Below are positions 7,995 through 18,353 of a stretch of 64,000 nt of DNA, in pieces; within the stretch, counting starts at the first letter, position 1; every line of letters starts with the position of its first letter. The notes beneath the pieces are model-generated. The model searched no databases. It had not been told where the DNA came from and saw only the letters and a program-made list of their open reading frames with translations. Source of the DNA: Gemmatimonadota bacterium. Its GTDB lineage: Bacteria; Gemmatimonadota; Gemmatimonadetes; Gemmatimonadales; GWC2-71-9. The position numbers and the translations under genes were made by a program. The stretch is taken from the NCBI GenBank assembly GCA_031402225.1, contig JANNSD010000034.1, positions 406 through 64,405 on the forward strand, given 5' to 3'.

Positions 7995-9578
7995 TCAGTC
8001 TCGTGGCGTTGCGGTGTCCATTTCGCCGACTTCACCACGTCGGATCGCCGCCGCGCGTTCGCTCACCGCCTGCCTCTGCGCGTCGGTCAGGCGGACCACG
8101 TTTTTCACCTGCAGCGCCATGCGCGGGTTCCGGGCCAGTGCCGTCTCATGCCGCATCAGGAAGTCCCAGTACAAGGTGGTGAACGGGCAGGCCTTGTCGC
8201 CGCTGCGCTGCGCGGGGTCGTAGCGGCAGCCCTTGCAGTGCGGGCTCATGCGCTGGATGTACTTGCCGGTGGCGATGTAGGGCTTGCTGCCCATCACGCC
8301 GCCGTCGGCGTACTGACTCATGCCCAGGGTGTTGGGCAGCTCGACCCACTCCACCGCATCGACGTAGACCGCCAGGTACCAGGCATGCACCTGCTTCGGG
8401 CTCACGCCCAGCATCAGCGCAAAGAGGCCGGTGACCATCAGCCGCTGGATGTGGTTGGCGTAGCCGTGTGTCAGCGTTTGCGCCAGCGCGTCACGCAGGC
8501 AGGCCATGTCGGTAGCACCGGTCCAGTACCACGCGGGCAGGTCCTCCCGGGCATCGAGCGCGTTGCGCTCCAGGTACCCCGGCATCTGGGTCCAATAGAT
8601 GCCGCGCACGTATTCGCGCCAGCCGAGGATCTGGCGGATGAAGCCCTCGGCGCTGGACAGTGGTACGTGTCCGTCACGGCAGGCCGCCTCGGCGGCCGCC
8701 ACGACCTCGCGCGGGTTCAGCAGCTTCAAGTTGAGCGCCGCAGAGAGGTGCGAGTGGTACAACCACGCATCGCCCGGCCACATTGCATCCTGATAGCGGC
8801 CAAAGAGGGGCAGGCGGTCCTGGATGAAGGCATGCAGGGACTGCAGCGCCTGCGCGCGGGTCACCGGCCAGGCGAAGCTGTCCAGGCGGCCGGGATGCGC
8901 GGCAAAGCGGCTGTTGACGAGCGCGATCACCTCCCGCGTGACGGCGTCGGGCTCGAAGGACGCGCGCGGCGGCACCGCACCCGGGCCGGCTGCGTCGAAG
9001 GCCTCGCGGTTGTCGGCGTCGAAGTTCCACTGATTGCCGATGGGCTCGTCGCCGTCCATCAGCACGCCATGGCGTCGGCGCTGCTCGCGGTAGAAATACT
9101 CCATGCGCAGGGATTTGCGGCCCTTGGCATGCGCCGCGAACTCACGGATGCTGCCGAAGAAGTGCCGGTCTTCGCGGATGTCCAATGGCAGGCCGTTGAC
9201 CTCGGCCACGGCCGTGATCGCCTGCAGCACGCGCCAGTCGCCCGGTGCGGTCATCACCAGCCGGGCAGGCCGCAGGCGCAGGATGTCGGCCTGCAACTGC
9301 GCCTCCAGGCTACCGGCGTTGCCGGCCGCATCGAGGTGGGTGTAGTGCAGCGGCCGGCCGGCGGCGTGCAGTGCCAGCGCGAAGTGCCGCATCGATGCCA
9401 GGAACAGGGCCGTGCGCGGTTTGCTCGACCACACGTGGGTCGACTCCTCGGCTACCTCGGCCATCCAGACGGCGTCGACGCCCGCATCGAAGCCATCGAA
9501 TGCCGCGGCTTCGAGGTCGAGCTGGTCACCCAGCACGAGGATCAAGGCGTGCAGCTCAGCCACGCTTTGCCTTGGCAC
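7995..9578 (-). CDS. Cryptochrome/photolyase-family protein of the FeS-BCP class (PhrB/CryB-like (6-4) photolyase)
   Basis: LVLGDQL N-terminus, WREYVRGIYW, HIQRLMV, and four Cys (MACL, CKGC, ACPF) matching the 4Fe-4S ligands. Alternative start is GTG 9563. Confidence 0.9.
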   Translation of the reverse strand: MPRQSVAELHALILVLGDQLDLEAAAFDGFDAGVDAVWMAEVAEESTHVWSSKPRTALFLASMRHFALALHAAGRPLHYTHLDAAGNAGSLEAQLQADILRLRPARLVMTAPGDWRVLQAITAVAEVNGLPLDIREDRHFFGSIREFAAHAKGRKSLRMEYFYREQRRRHGVLMDGDEPIGNQWNFDADNREAFDAAGPGAVPPRASFEPDAVTREVIALVNSRFAAHPGRLDSFAWPVTRAQALQSLHAFIQDRLPLFGRYQDAMWPGDAWLYHSHLSAALNLKLLNPREVVAAAEAACRDGHVPLSSAEGFIRQILGWREYVRGIYWTQMPGYLERNALDAREDLPAWYWTGATDMACLRDALAQTLTHGYANHIQRLMVTGLFALMLGVSPKQVHAWYLAVYVDAVEWVELPNTLGMSQYADGGVMGSKPYIATGKYIQRMSPHCKGCRYDPAQRSGDKACPFTTLYWDFLMRHETALARNPRMALQVKNVVRLTDAQRQAVSERAAAIRRGEVGEMDTATPRD

Positions 9579-9723
9579 TCCGACAGGCCTCGGAGCAGTA
9601 CTTCACCTCGGCCCAGTTCTTCGCCCAGCGGCGGCGCCAGCTCATGGGCCGGCCACAGGCCACACAAGGCTTGCTCGGCAGTGAAGCCTTGTTGCCGCGA
9701 AACGTGGTGCGGCGCAGTGTCAT
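9556..9723 (-). CDS. DUF2256 zinc-ribbon protein
   Basis: Own translation (55 aa, below the track cutoff): MTLRRTTFRGNKASLPSKPCVACGRPMSWRRRWAKNWAEVKYCSEACRSAKAKRG. This is the CxxCGRP...WRxxW...YCSxxCR signature, and the ORF overlaps the photolyase start. Confidence 0.8.
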   Translation of the reverse strand: MTLRRTTFRGNKASLPSKPCVACGRPMSWRRRWAKNWAEVKYCSEACRSAKAKRG

Positions 9724-9763
9724 CACGCGCTCCGGCAGGTGGGGGGGAGGCGCCAGCCGGCAC

Positions 9764-10123
9764 TCATCCGGTCCGCAACCGATAGTTGATAAGTACGATG
9801 AGCATTGAGAGCGCCAACAACGTCAGCGAAGGCAGCATTTTGCCGACCGGGTTCTTGACCCTCAGGTGGGTGATGAACGCGACGACCATGAGCAGGCTGA
9901 GTCCGATCCCGCCCGCGATCGCGAACTGCCCACGGTCAATGCCAACCAGAAGCATCAATGAGAGGGTCAGCTTGACGATGCCCACTGAATCCCGTATCCA
10001 GTTGGGAAGCTTCCACTGCTGGAATTCGAGGACGATGTTTGGATAGCGGACTACCCATACGAAGAAGACCGCTGTGGCAACCAGGGCCTGCAGCGTAATC
10101 GCCAGATCCTGTAAATTAATCAC
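9764..10123 (-). CDS. DoxX-like small membrane protein, paralog copy 2 (first gene of the DUF2256-photolyase operon)
   Basis: 119 aa from GTG 10123 after GGAGGCAGGG. It ends 40 nt upstream of the DUF2256 start. Confidence 0.65.
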   Translation of the reverse strand: MINLQDLAITLQALVATAVFFVWVVRYPNIVLEFQQWKLPNWIRDSVGIVKLTLSLMLLVGIDRGQFAIAGGIGLSLLMVVAFITHLRVKNPVGKMLPSLTLLALSMLIVLINYRLRTG

Positions 10124-10150
10124 CCCTGCCTCCGCTAGTGATTACAGTGA
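9766..10150 (-). repeat. 385-bp direct repeat, copy 2
   Basis: See copy 1 (3036..3420). Confidence 0.85.
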
Positions 10151-10219
10151 ACCCATCATGGCGCCGCGGGGGACTTCATCGCATACTGACACGACCCCAA
10201 AGAATATGGTGTTACGCCT

Positions 10220-11758
10220 GTGAGTGAAAGCGTTCTTGTTATTGGTGCCGGAATCAATGGCCTGATCGCAGCCCACTACCTGCGGCGGGCCGGCTTTGCC
10301 GTGACAATGATCGAGCGCGCGGAGCGGGTGGGCGGGGCGTGCATTTCAGAAGTCGCGACGGTGGAAGGGCATGCCCAACACTACGCCCTCGGCGCCTCGG
10401 TGCTGGGCCTGATGCAGGATTTCATTTTCCGGGAAACGGGCCTGGCGGATCGACTGCAGACCTATGTCCCGGAGCAGGCAAAGCGGGTGCACTTTCCCGA
10501 CCCGAGGACCAGCGCCTGGATTTACCGTGATCCCGGTCAGTTGCAGCGGGAGCTGGCGGATAAATGGGGCGAACGGGGGGACGCAGAGGGCTTTCGCGCC
10601 GATGAGGCGAAGGTGGTCGCGTACCTGCAGGACGGTTACCGCGCCGCGGTTCCGCCAAGCCTTGACGAAGCCAAACAGCGCCTGGGCGACACCTTGACCA
10701 GGCTGTGGATCACCGGTAGCGCCGCCGACCTGCTCGACCACTACTTCACCGCCGAGCGCAGCAAAGTCTACCTGGCCATGACGGTGACCGAGAGCGGCCC
10801 GGTTTCCCTGCAGGAACCGTATTCCGCGTTCACCCTGCCGCTGATGGATTCGGGTTCCATTTTCGGCGGCTACTATGGATTCGTCAGGGAAGGCATCTGG
10901 AGGGTCACGGAAGAACTGGGACAGATCAACCGCGAGCAGGGTGTCGACATTCGCCTGGGCTGCCTCGTCGAGGGCGTGGAGCCCCGGCGCGGGACATTGC
11001 ACTATCAACAGGCGGGGCAGGGCCATGCGATTGCCTTCGACCACCTGGTGTTTGCCACGGATCCGTTGTCGGCGGCAAGGCTTGTCGGCGAAAGCGGGAT
11101 CGTGCGCCATGTTGAAGAGAAGCGCATGCTGGGCACCAGTGGCAAGCTGAACCTCTTTTTCCGGCAGCCGGTGCGGTGGAAAGAAGCATCGGCCCATCCT
11201 GCCGGCGACACGGTATTCCGTTTCATTTTCATGGTGGAATCCATCGCCGATTTCGAACGATCGACCCTGCGCGTCACATCCGGGGAAACCGATTATTCGC
11301 CGGGCTTCATGCAGATCTATTGTGAAGGCGCGTCGATGCGCCAGATGGGGCTGGTGGAGCCCTTTGACCGGCTGACGGTGTTCTTCAAGAACATGGCGCT
11401 GAACCAGCGCGGCGAAGCGCTGCCCGACGTCGAGGCCGCCGTGAAGGCCACGGTGTTGTCGTTCATTGCCAATCCGCAGGACTGCGCCTGGACCCGCTTG
11501 CTGGCGCCGAGGGACTTGCAGCAGCTGTTTCTCTTTCCTGGCGGCAACATCGACCACACCGTGCTGGCCGGGGGGCAGACCTTCTTTGAGCGCCAGTTCT
11601 CGGCGGACCCGGCGCAGCAGTTTTACCAGTTTGGTTCCTGGTCGAATGTTTCGTACTGCGGAGCCGCAGCGTATCCCTGTGGATCGATCGCGGGGACCCC
11701 GGGGTACATGTGCGCCCAGCAACTGATTCACAGATCGGTGGCTAGCCTCCGTGGCTAG
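10220..11758 (+). CDS. Phytoene desaturase-family NAD(P)/FAD-dependent oxidoreductase (CrtI-like, COG1233)
   Basis: [38 protein letters not shown]-terminus; about 510 aa; C-terminal [15 protein letters not shown]. Confidence 0.8.
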   Translation: MSESVLVIGAGINGLIAAHYLRRAGFAVTMIERAERVGGACISEVATVEGHAQHYALGASVLGLMQDFIFRETGLADRLQTYVPEQAKRVHFPDPRTSAWIYRDPGQLQRELADKWGERGDAEGFRADEAKVVAYLQDGYRAAVPPSLDEAKQRLGDTLTRLWITGSAADLLDHYFTAERSKVYLAMTVTESGPVSLQEPYSAFTLPLMDSGSIFGGYYGFVREGIWRVTEELGQINREQGVDIRLGCLVEGVEPRRGTLHYQQAGQGHAIAFDHLVFATDPLSAARLVGESGIVRHVEEKRMLGTSGKLNLFFRQPVRWKEASAHPAGDTVFRFIFMVESIADFERSTLRVTSGETDYSPGFMQIYCEGASMRQMGLVEPFDRLTVFFKNMALNQRGEALPDVEAAVKATVLSFIANPQDCAWTRLLAPRDLQQLFLFPGGNIDHTVLAGGQTFFERQFSADPAQQFYQFGSWSNVSYCGAAAYPCGSIAGTPGYMCAQQLIHRSVASLRG

Positions 11759-12765
11759 CCGGCGCGGGCGCGCTGGAACACGAGATTCGCGGCCACCATG
11801 TCCTCCATCGCGTTGCCCATCGCCTTGTAGACGGTGATTTCGGTGGGGCTCAGGCGACCCGGCTTCCGGCCCAGTGCCACGGCACCGAGTGTCGTGCCGG
11901 TACCGGGGTCGAGGCCGGCCAGCTCGCCGCACCCCACCGGGCTCGGCTGAAAGGCATCGAGCGTCTCGACGAAGAGCCGGTGCTTCTCCGCCAGTTCTCG
12001 CGGGAGTTCACCACCCAGATCGCGGTGGCCCACCGAGGTGACGTGCGCGCCGGGCTTGATCCACTCGGCCTGAATGACCGGCGACGGCGATGCGGTGGTG
12101 AGACAGACGATGTCCGACTCGCGCACCGCCGCTTCCACATCGGTGGTGGCGTGGGCCGTGTCGCTTCCGTCCGCCAGGCGCCGGGCCTGTTCCGGGTTCC
12201 GGGAGCAGACATTGACGCGGGCGATGTTCCGGACGAGTGGCAGCAGGCGGAGATGGTTTTGTCCCTGTACCCCGGCACCGATCACCGTGGCAATCTGGCC
12301 TTCGGGCCGGCTCAGCATCCGGACCGAGAGCATCGCGGCGGCGGCGGTCCGGAGGCCGGTGATGCTGGCGCCGTCCATCACGCAGGTGGGCGCCCCGGTG
12401 TCGGGATCGAAGAGACTGATCAGCGCCTGGTGACTGGGCAACCCCAGCGCGTGATTACCCTCGAACACATTGACGATCTTGACGGTCAGCTGCATCCCCG
12501 GTCGCCAGGCCGACATCGCGAGGGAGAATCCCCGGTCTGCCACGGGGAGCTTGGGCCGCGGGGGTGTCTGCACCTCGCCCAGCTCCAGCCACCCGAAGCC
12601 CGCTTCCAACCCGTCGAGCAACGCCCGCGGATCGAGATAGCGCTCGACGTCGGCCCCGGTGAGCATCAGCACCGGCGCGCCGCCCGCGGTGAATGCAAAG
12701 CCTGCATGGTGCGACGAGAGTTCACTCGGGCTCATGCGCAGCCTTTCGCCATATTGCGCAGGCAC
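11755..12765 (-). CDS. Ornithine cyclodeaminase / mu-crystallin family protein
   Basis: [29 protein letters not shown] Rossmann motif, and the size and layout of the OCD family. Confidence 0.85.
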   Translation of the reverse strand: MPAQYGERLRMSPSELSSHHAGFAFTAGGAPVLMLTGADVERYLDPRALLDGLEAGFGWLELGEVQTPPRPKLPVADRGFSLAMSAWRPGMQLTVKIVNVFEGNHALGLPSHQALISLFDPDTGAPTCVMDGASITGLRTAAAAMLSVRMLSRPEGQIATVIGAGVQGQNHLRLLPLVRNIARVNVCSRNPEQARRLADGSDTAHATTDVEAAVRESDIVCLTTASPSPVIQAEWIKPGAHVTSVGHRDLGGELPRELAEKHRLFVETLDAFQPSPVGCGELAGLDPGTGTTLGAVALGRKPGRLSPTEITVYKAMGNAMEDMVAANLVFQRARAG

Positions 12766-12825
12766 AGCAGGCGCAGTACCATGTGCCGGCCGACGTCAGC
12801 CACGCAGCGATTCAACGGAGCATGC

Positions 12826-13929
12826 ATGCGGATCACCGGAATCAAGGCCTATCGTGTGGGACTGCCCTTGCATGAGGGTAGCTACAAATGGTCGGGTGGC
12901 AACTCCGTCGACGTCTTCGATTCCACCATCGTGGCCATCGCGACGGACGCCGGCATCACCGGATACGGAGAGGTGTGCCCGCTCGGACCGGCGTATCTCC
13001 CGGCCTACGCCGCCGGCGCGCGCACCGGCATCGCGGAACTGGCGCCGAACCTGCTGGGCCAGGATCCCACGGCGCTGGCCAGCATCAACCGGCGGATGGA
13101 CCAGCTCCTGCGGGGCCACCCCTATGTGAAATCGGCCATCGACATGGCCTGCTGGGATATCCTGGGACAGGCTACCGGCCTGCCGGTGGTCACGCTGCTC
13201 GGTGGCCGCGTGGGCGAGGATGTGGCGCTCTACCGGGCGATCTCGCAGGACACGCCGGAAAAGATGGCGGCCATGGTCGGCACCTATCGGGCCGAAGGCT
13301 ACACCAAGTTCCAGCTCAAGGTCGGCGGCGATCCCGATACCGACATCGAACGCATCCGGGCCGCGGCTGCCAGGTTGCGTTCCGGCGACGTGCTCATCGC
13401 CGATGCCAACACCGGCTGGACCCAGCACCAGGCGATGCGCGTGGCGGATGCCGTCCGCAGCGTCGACGTGTATATCGAGCAGCCCTGCATGCGGTACGAG
13501 GAATGCCTTGCCGTACGTCGGCACACCGACCGCCCGTTCGTGCTCGATGAAGTGATCGACGACATCATGATGGTGCTGCGCGGCCACCAGGACCAGGCGA
13601 TGGACGTCATCAACCTGAAGATCTCGAAGGTGGGCGGCCTGACCCGGGCGCGCCAGATCCGGGATCTCTGCCTTTCCCTCGGCATCGCCATGACGATCGA
13701 GGATTCCTGGGGCGGAGATATCATCACCGCCGCCATTGCCCACCTGGCGCACAGCACCCCGCCCGAACTGCTGTTCTCCACCACCGACTTCAACAGCTAC
13801 GTCACCGTCAGTACGGCAGCCGGCGCACCCCAACGAGTGAATGGTCGCATGGCAGCGTCCGCGGCACCGGGCCTCGGCGTGCAGCCCCGGATGGACGTGC
13901 TGGGCGATCCGGTCTTCACGGTCAGCTGA
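12826..13929 (+). CDS. Enolase-superfamily enzyme (mandelate racemase/muconate lactonizing family, MLE-like subgroup)
   Basis: Real start is ATG 12826 inside track ORF 11980..13929. Motifs: FQLKVGG (KxK), [27 protein letters not shown]. Confidence 0.85.
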   Translation: MRITGIKAYRVGLPLHEGSYKWSGGNSVDVFDSTIVAIATDAGITGYGEVCPLGPAYLPAYAAGARTGIAELAPNLLGQDPTALASINRRMDQLLRGHPYVKSAIDMACWDILGQATGLPVVTLLGGRVGEDVALYRAISQDTPEKMAAMVGTYRAEGYTKFQLKVGGDPDTDIERIRAAAARLRSGDVLIADANTGWTQHQAMRVADAVRSVDVYIEQPCMRYEECLAVRRHTDRPFVLDEVIDDIMMVLRGHQDQAMDVINLKISKVGGLTRARQIRDLCLSLGIAMTIEDSWGGDIITAAIAHLAHSTPPELLFSTTDFNSYVTVSTAAGAPQRVNGRMAASAAPGLGVQPRMDVLGDPVFTVS

Positions 13930-13944
13930 GCGAGAAAGGAAACG

Positions 13945-14850
13945 GTGTTCCCGTTCCTTGCTGCCAGGAGCGCCATCTTCGTTGCGCTCGCCGGGTTCGT
14001 CGCCACGTACCTGGGTATCCTCGCTTCTTCACTGCGGGGTTCCCGCGGCCCAGGTGAGCCGCGACGGTCCCCCTCGGCGAGCCACGTGGCAACCGGCTTC
14101 GTCACAAATTTCCTCGACACGCTGGGCATAGGCTCGTTCGCCACGTCGACGGCGATATTCAAGTTCTGGAAGATGGTCCCCGATGAGCTCTATCCCGGTA
14201 CGCTGAACGTCGGTCACACGCTGCCGACCGTCTTTCAGGCGTTCATCTACATCGCGGTGATCGCGGTCGATCCGACGACACTGGTTCTGCTCATTGGAAG
14301 TGCGGTAGTGGGCGCCTGGTTCGGCGCCGGCCTGGTCACCAACTTCTCCCGCCGTGCGGTGCAACTCGGCATGGGCGCGGCGCTGCTCACGGCGGCGGCG
14401 GCCATGCTCATGAGTCAGTTGAAGTGGTTTCCGGTGGGGGGCACCGCGCTCGAACTCCACGGGTGGCGCCTGGCGCTCGGCATTGCCGGCAACCTGGTGC
14501 TCGGGGCGATCATGACCCTCGGGATCGGGCTCTATGCCCCGTGCATCACGCTCATCAGTCTGCTGGGCATGGACCCGGCGGCGGCCTTCCCGATCATGAT
14601 GGGGTCCTGTGCGTTCCTCATGCCCGTCGCCAGCGCCCGATTCATCAGGCGCCGGGCGTACTCGGCCCCGGTGGCACTGGGGCTGGCGGTTGGTGGGTTG
14701 CTCGGGGTGCCGCTCGCGGCGTTCGTCGTGAAGTCCCTGCCGCTCACGGCGCTTCGCTGGCTGGTGATCGTGGTGGTGGTGTATGCCGCCGTGCTGATGC
14801 TCCGATCGGCGCGGCAGGAGACCCTGGTTCGATCGGCCGCCGCGGCGTAG
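13945..14850 (+). CDS. TauE/SafE-family anion exporter-like membrane protein
   Basis: 301 aa, multi-pass, with internally duplicated Gly-rich helices typical of TauE/SafE. It lies 15 nt downstream of the enolase-family gene. Confidence 0.7.
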   Translation: MFPFLAARSAIFVALAGFVATYLGILASSLRGSRGPGEPRRSPSASHVATGFVTNFLDTLGIGSFATSTAIFKFWKMVPDELYPGTLNVGHTLPTVFQAFIYIAVIAVDPTTLVLLIGSAVVGAWFGAGLVTNFSRRAVQLGMGAALLTAAAAMLMSQLKWFPVGGTALELHGWRLALGIAGNLVLGAIMTLGIGLYAPCITLISLLGMDPAAAFPIMMGSCAFLMPVASARFIRRRAYSAPVALGLAVGGLLGVPLAAFVVKSLPLTALRWLVIVVVVYAAVLMLRSARQETLVRSAAAA

Positions 14851-14894
14851 GAGGCACCGCTCGCCCGGCCCATTGAGTGTTCAGAGGGGCCTGG

Positions 14895-15323
14895 TCATCC
14901 CTGTGGGGGCGGTTCGTCCCGCACAGGGAACTTGAATCCGCCGTACACGAAATAGCCGATGGTGTATGCGACGACGGTGAGATCCATCGCAAAGGGAATC
15001 CAGAAACCGGCGACGAAGGGTTGCCTGACGTTGGACAGCACGAGCCAGACCATGCCCGCCTTTTCGACGGCGCTGTAGAGGGCGATGGGGAAGCGCCACG
15101 CGGGGAAAATCGCCGCGCCCATCATGAACAGGCCCATCAGCCCGACCATGACTCCCCAGTGCTGGATGATGATCGTGTATTCAACCAGATAGGGCAGCCT
15201 CAGGATGGTGGGCATGGCCCAGGCGGGGAAGACCGCAAAGATCCCTATAAGCGCTGTGCCCGCACCGGTCAGCAGGTAAAAGGGCCGGAAGGTCCGGGAA
15301 AAGAAACGCTCGAGATTCGTCAT
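14895..15323 (-). CDS. Hypothetical four-helix membrane protein
   Basis: Start chosen at MTNLERFF (ATG 15323). No recognisable family. Confidence 0.45.
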   Translation of the reverse strand: MTNLERFFSRTFRPFYLLTGAGTALIGIFAVFPAWAMPTILRLPYLVEYTIIIQHWGVMVGLMGLFMMGAAIFPAWRFPIALYSAVEKAGMVWLVLSNVRQPFVAGFWIPFAMDLTVVAYTIGYFVYGGFKFPVRDEPPPQG

Positions 15324-15409
15324 GCCGCGGGTTCTCCTGTGGCTGCGGACCGTGTAGTATAGCATGAAGCGTGTGGCGCGAAGCGACAACCCCAATACCG
15401 GATAATGTC

Positions 15410-16540
15410 ATGCAAGACCCGATGAGCCTCAGGCCCGGATCGAGTGAAGCCGTGAGCCTGGCCCCGTTGAATCCAGATCCCTCGTCCAGGGACATGGATC
15501 AGGCCATCCGCGAGGCGGTGCTTGCCGTCGACAATCTCGACTGGCTCAAGCCCGGTGACAGCGTACTCATCAAGCCCGTGATCAACTCAGGCAAACCCTA
15601 CCCATCGACTACGAGCCCCCTTGCTGTAGCAAGCATGATCCGCTTGCTCAAGGAACGAGGAGCGGGGCGCGTCGTGGTGGGAGACATGAGCGGGGTTTTT
15701 CATCTCGATCAGCGACCCGATGGTTGCACGGGTAGCACCCGTGCGCTGGCGGAGAGTGCGGGGCTGCTGCCTGTCGTTCCAGCCGCGGGGGGCGAGTGGG
15801 CTTTCTTCGAAGAATCGGGCTGGGAGAGCTTCTATGAAGAGCAGCCTGCCCCCGGCTCCCATTGGCGGCAGGGCCTCATGCTGCCGGACGTGCTCAAGAC
15901 GGTGGACCATATCGTGTCGATGCCCCGTTGCAGCCGCCACTCCCTGCTGGGGAACACCCTCGGACTCAAGTCTGTGGTTGGCTACATGCGCTACGACACC
16001 CGTCTGGAGTACCACCACGCGGCCAAGAGCATCCAGGAAAAGACCGCCGAGGCCAACACTGTTCCCAGCCTCTTGCAGAAGCAGCGCCTGGTCGTCACGG
16101 CAGCAGACAAGGTGCTGGCCACGTTCGGCCCGGACATGGGTCATGTGATCACGCCGCCACAGGGGCTGGTCATCGCGTCCCGCTCGGTGATTGCGCATGA
16201 CATGGTTTCGCTGGCCTGGCTGGTGGTGCATTGGCGACAGGCACCGTGGCTCACGAAGCGGTCTCTCGTCGACCCGAGCAGCACCAAGTTCACGACCAAT
16301 CTGGGCAACCGTCTGGTTGTCGGCGTGCTGGGTGGCTGGAAGTTGGGCATGAGCGCCGAGACGATGGAGCATTCCCAGCAACCGGATATCTGGCGAGATC
16401 GTACTCTGCGGCGGGCATTTGAACTCATGGGGGGTGTACCGGACATCCGGCTGCAGCCTACGCAGTCCACTATCTCGCCGCAGCTGCTGGCTGAGTTTTC
16501 CTCGATGGTGGCGCTGCCCGCGGCGATGCGGGCGGCCTAG
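15410..16540 (+). CDS. DUF362-like protein (tentative)
   Basis: LKPGDSVLIKPVINSG resembles the V-x-IKPN motif of DUF362, and the size fits. Start chosen at ATG 15410. Confidence 0.45.
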   Translation: MQDPMSLRPGSSEAVSLAPLNPDPSSRDMDQAIREAVLAVDNLDWLKPGDSVLIKPVINSGKPYPSTTSPLAVASMIRLLKERGAGRVVVGDMSGVFHLDQRPDGCTGSTRALAESAGLLPVVPAAGGEWAFFEESGWESFYEEQPAPGSHWRQGLMLPDVLKTVDHIVSMPRCSRHSLLGNTLGLKSVVGYMRYDTRLEYHHAAKSIQEKTAEANTVPSLLQKQRLVVTAADKVLATFGPDMGHVITPPQGLVIASRSVIAHDMVSLAWLVVHWRQAPWLTKRSLVDPSSTKFTTNLGNRLVVGVLGGWKLGMSAETMEHSQQPDIWRDRTLRRAFELMGGVPDIRLQPTQSTISPQLLAEFSSMVALPAAMRAA

Positions 16541-16693
16541 GGCGATCGACGTGGGCCGTGTGCGCCCAGGCGGCGAAGAAGCACGGAGGAATCACTTCAC
16601 CGCCGAGCGAGCGTACAACCGCATCGCCGGAGCGTTCTTCCCGTTGTGGGCGAAAGCCCGGTAACGGGTCGGACCTGCTGGGTCTCACGCCAT

Positions 16694-17191
16694 TCATTCC
16701 GGCGTTGGGGCAGGCGCGTCGGTGTTCCACATGTTTGCCTTGATCTTCCAGCTTCCGTTCGCCTGCGTCCATACGTTCAGGTACTTGCCGCGCTCGGTCA
16801 CATGAGCGGGGCCATAGGTCACCGCGTAGGTGCCTGCATCAACCACATACTCCGCGTTCCCGTAGAAGTCGGTGGTCTCCTCGCGAAACTCCGTGACACC
16901 GGCCTTGAGGTACTCCACGGTAAAGTCGTGCAGTGCCGGAAGGCCGGTCACTGCGGCGGCGCTGGGCGGGAAGGACTTGGCATCCGCGGCAAACATCGAG
17001 TCGATCGTGGCGATGTCGCCCGTGACATGCGCACTGGTGAAGCGCTCGTTCTGCTGTCCGATGAGGCGACGCGTGGCGTCCAGATCGAAGGGCAGCTGCT
17101 CGGCGCGCGTGGACGCGGGCGCTGGACCACCGCAGGCGCCCGCGAGGAGGGCTGCCAGCACGGACCAACGGGGGAGAGTGAATCGACTCAT
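16694..17191 (-). CDS. SnoaL-like/DUF4440 (NTF2-fold) lipoprotein
   Basis: MSRFTLPRWSVLAALLAGACGG lipobox; C-terminal GKYLNVWTQANGSWKIKANMWN is typical of DUF4440. Paralog at 32738..33229. Confidence 0.65.
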   Translation of the reverse strand: MSRFTLPRWSVLAALLAGACGGPAPASTRAEQLPFDLDATRRLIGQQNERFTSAHVTGDIATIDSMFAADAKSFPPSAAAVTGLPALHDFTVEYLKAGVTEFREETTDFYGNAEYVVDAGTYAVTYGPAHVTERGKYLNVWTQANGSWKIKANMWNTDAPAPTPE

Positions 17192-17369
17192 AAGGACCAT
17201 CCACGTGTCGTCAGGTTGTGCACGCGCGTCACCAACGTTGCATCGGCGGTCCAACGACTGAGACTTGAGCCGCGAAGCCGCGGAGCGGTCTCTGGCTTTT
17301 TCAGCTGCAGCCGCTGCATGGCACGGAACGCCGTGTTGAAGCCCTCGCCGACGGACCGCTGGTCGTGAT

Positions 17370-18311
17370 CTAGCGGATTTGTGGCGGCTTGAATGCGCTG
17401 GTCAGCGCAGCAATATGATCAGGCCCGATCCCGCAGCAACCGCCGAAAATGGAAGCGCCCAGATGCTGCCAGTCATGCGCCTTCCTGACAAGTTCATCCG
17501 GCGGGATCACGTCGACGAATTCCCAGTCCGGTGACCTGAAGTAACCGCACTCAGGATAGGTGGCGACCGGGCCGGTCCAGTGCTTTCGCAGGATCGCCAG
17601 CGCTTCATCCGTGTTGTTAGGTGAGGTGTGCATCACCATCATCACCGCGGGCTTGAGCGCCGCCAGCGTGCGCGCGATATCGTCGAAGGAGCAATCGTCA
17701 CGGCCCCAGCCCTGCAATGTGCCGTCCTTGCCGCGCTCGACCGACAGGCCAATCCACACCGGCAATCCTGTGGCGAGCGCCGCTTCGCTGGCCCACACCG
17801 CGTAGTCGGTGTCCCTCATCACCTCCATCATGATGAGGTCGCAGCCGCAGGCCTCGAGTCCGTTCGCCTTCGCCTGGAACAGCGCGCGCGCGTCGCGCTC
17901 GCTGAGCACGAAGTTCAGGTTGTTGCGGTCGGTTCCAGTCGCCATCGGGCGCATCGTCGAAATGGAGCCCGCCACGCACACCTCGGTTCCGGCCGTCGCT
18001 TCCCGGGCCAGATTGACGGCAATGGCGTCAATGCGCGCGACATCACTGAACCTCCCGATGTGGCTGAACAGGATCGGGCTGGTCGCAAAGGTGTTGGCCG
18101 TGACGATGTCGGCGCCCGCATGGATGTAACCACGATGCACCGTGCGCACGATGTCCGGATGAGTGAGGTTGGCATCCGCGCACCAGGTGTCGCCGCTCAT
18201 CGGCGCACCGCGCCGCTGGATGTCGGTGCCCGTGCCGCCATCAAGGATGATGGTTTCGTGGCATCGCAGCTTGTCGGAAATTCTGGTGTAACTCACACGG
18301 ACCCTGCGCAT
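17370..18311 (-). CDS. Homocysteine S-methyltransferase family protein
   Basis: ILDGGTGT, GADIVTANTF and the GGCCGIGPDHI zinc-site motif. Confidence 0.85.
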   Translation of the reverse strand: MRRVRVSYTRISDKLRCHETIILDGGTGTDIQRRGAPMSGDTWCADANLTHPDIVRTVHRGYIHAGADIVTANTFATSPILFSHIGRFSDVARIDAIAVNLAREATAGTEVCVAGSISTMRPMATGTDRNNLNFVLSERDARALFQAKANGLEACGCDLIMMEVMRDTDYAVWASEAALATGLPVWIGLSVERGKDGTLQGWGRDDCSFDDIARTLAALKPAVMMVMHTSPNNTDEALAILRKHWTGPVATYPECGYFRSPDWEFVDVIPPDELVRKAHDWQHLGASIFGGCCGIGPDHIAALTSAFKPPQIR

Positions 18312-18353
18312 GGGATGTTCAAGCGGAGATATCAGGTCCAGTACTGAAGTAAC

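Noticed and set aside
7899-9785. 628-aa plus-strand ORF
   Set aside because: It is antisense to the photolyase and DUF2256 genes, so it is a shadow ORF.
11980-12825. Upstream 280 codons of track ORF 11980..13929
   Set aside because: This part is antisense to the ornithine cyclodeaminase gene and junk-like. The enolase-family protein starts at ATG 12826 ([15 protein letters not shown]).
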